A model generated the notes under the pieces. The model saw only the letters and a program-made list of their open reading frames with translations. It did no database searches and was not told where the DNA came from. A DNA stretch of 32,000 nt from Psychrobacter sp. HD31 (GTDB lineage Bacteria > Pseudomonadota > Gammaproteobacteria > Pseudomonadales > Moraxellaceae), in the NCBI RefSeq assembly GCF_051097895.1, contig NZ_CP142525.1, positions 480,001-512,000 on the forward strand, written 5' to 3'. Shown here one piece after another: positions 31,580-32,000 of this stretch. How positions within the stretch are numbered: the stretch's first letter is position 1; each line of letters opens with the position of its first letter. Made by a program: the position numbers and the translations under genes.

Positions 31580-32000
31580 ATGACTTCAATAAAGCAAGCG
31601 TATCCAATAATTACTATTGATGGACCAAGTGGTGCGGGTAAAGGCACAATCGCTTGGAAACTTGCAAATGCGTTAGGTTATCAACTGTTAGACTCTGGTG
31701 CTTTATATCGCATTGTTGGCTTAAAAGCACATCAAGCTAACTTGTTAAATGATGAAATTAATGAGAATGCGTTAGAAAAACTAACACAATCATTAAAAAT
31801 TGAATTTATTGCGAATCAAGAAACAGGTACGATAGATATTTTGGTTAATGATGAGCAAATAGGTGCGACTATCCGCAATGAAACCGTTGGTGGATACGCA
31901 TCACAAGTGGCAGTATTTCCAAAAGTACGTCAAGCACTATTAGATTTACAGCGTGATATGGCTTATCGTAGTGGCGTTATTGCCGATGGGCGTGATATGG
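31580..32000 (+). CDS. cmk: Cytidylate kinase, N-terminal part (runs off the window)
   Basis: From the ATG at 31580: MTSIKQAYPIITIDGPSGAGKGTIAWKLANALGYQLLDSGALYR... The frame is still open at 32000. Not in the ORF track because it is open-ended. Confidence 0.9.
   Translation, partial: MTSIKQAYPIITIDGPSGAGKGTIAWKLANALGYQLLDSGALYRIVGLKAHQANLLNDEINENALEKLTQSLKIEFIANQETGTIDILVNDEQIGATIRNETVGGYASQVAVFPKVRQALLDLQRDMAYRSGVIADGRDM

Overview
AT-rich gammaproteobacterial chromosome. Protein sequences and gene order look Moraxellaceae-like (Psychrobacter/Moraxella/Acinetobacter), but that is only a guess. I saw no rRNA, tRNA, CRISPR array, transposase or integrase.

The flanks are ordinary housekeeping genes:
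- Left: alaS (partial), an L,D-transpeptidase, prmB-aroC, a long-form GAPDH and obg.
- Right: proB, hemE, argC, clpS-clpA, ung, tadA and cmk (partial).

The centre (about 9.9-21.5 kb, all on the minus strand) is the unusual part. A canonical TPP riboswitch leads 12 co-directional genes. Seven are canonical thiamine genes (thiO, thiS, thiG, thiE, a thiF-rhodanese fusion, thiD, thiC). Five have no assigned thiamine role:
- a leaderless THI5/NMT1-like protein
- an SDR
- a DJ-1/PfpI ('ThiJ'-family) protein
- an AT-rich orphan ORF wedged between thiG and thiE
- a hotdog thioesterase

I found no second THI-box, not even upstream of thiC. The spacers inside this cluster are built from degenerate short tandem repeats. 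The block, together with an AT-rich membrane ORF, sits between obg and proB, which are neighbours in Pseudomonas.

Two further AT-rich orphan ORFs (9178-9642 and 24170-24775) interrupt housekeeping neighbourhoods. All family calls come from motif recognition by eye; no database search was run.
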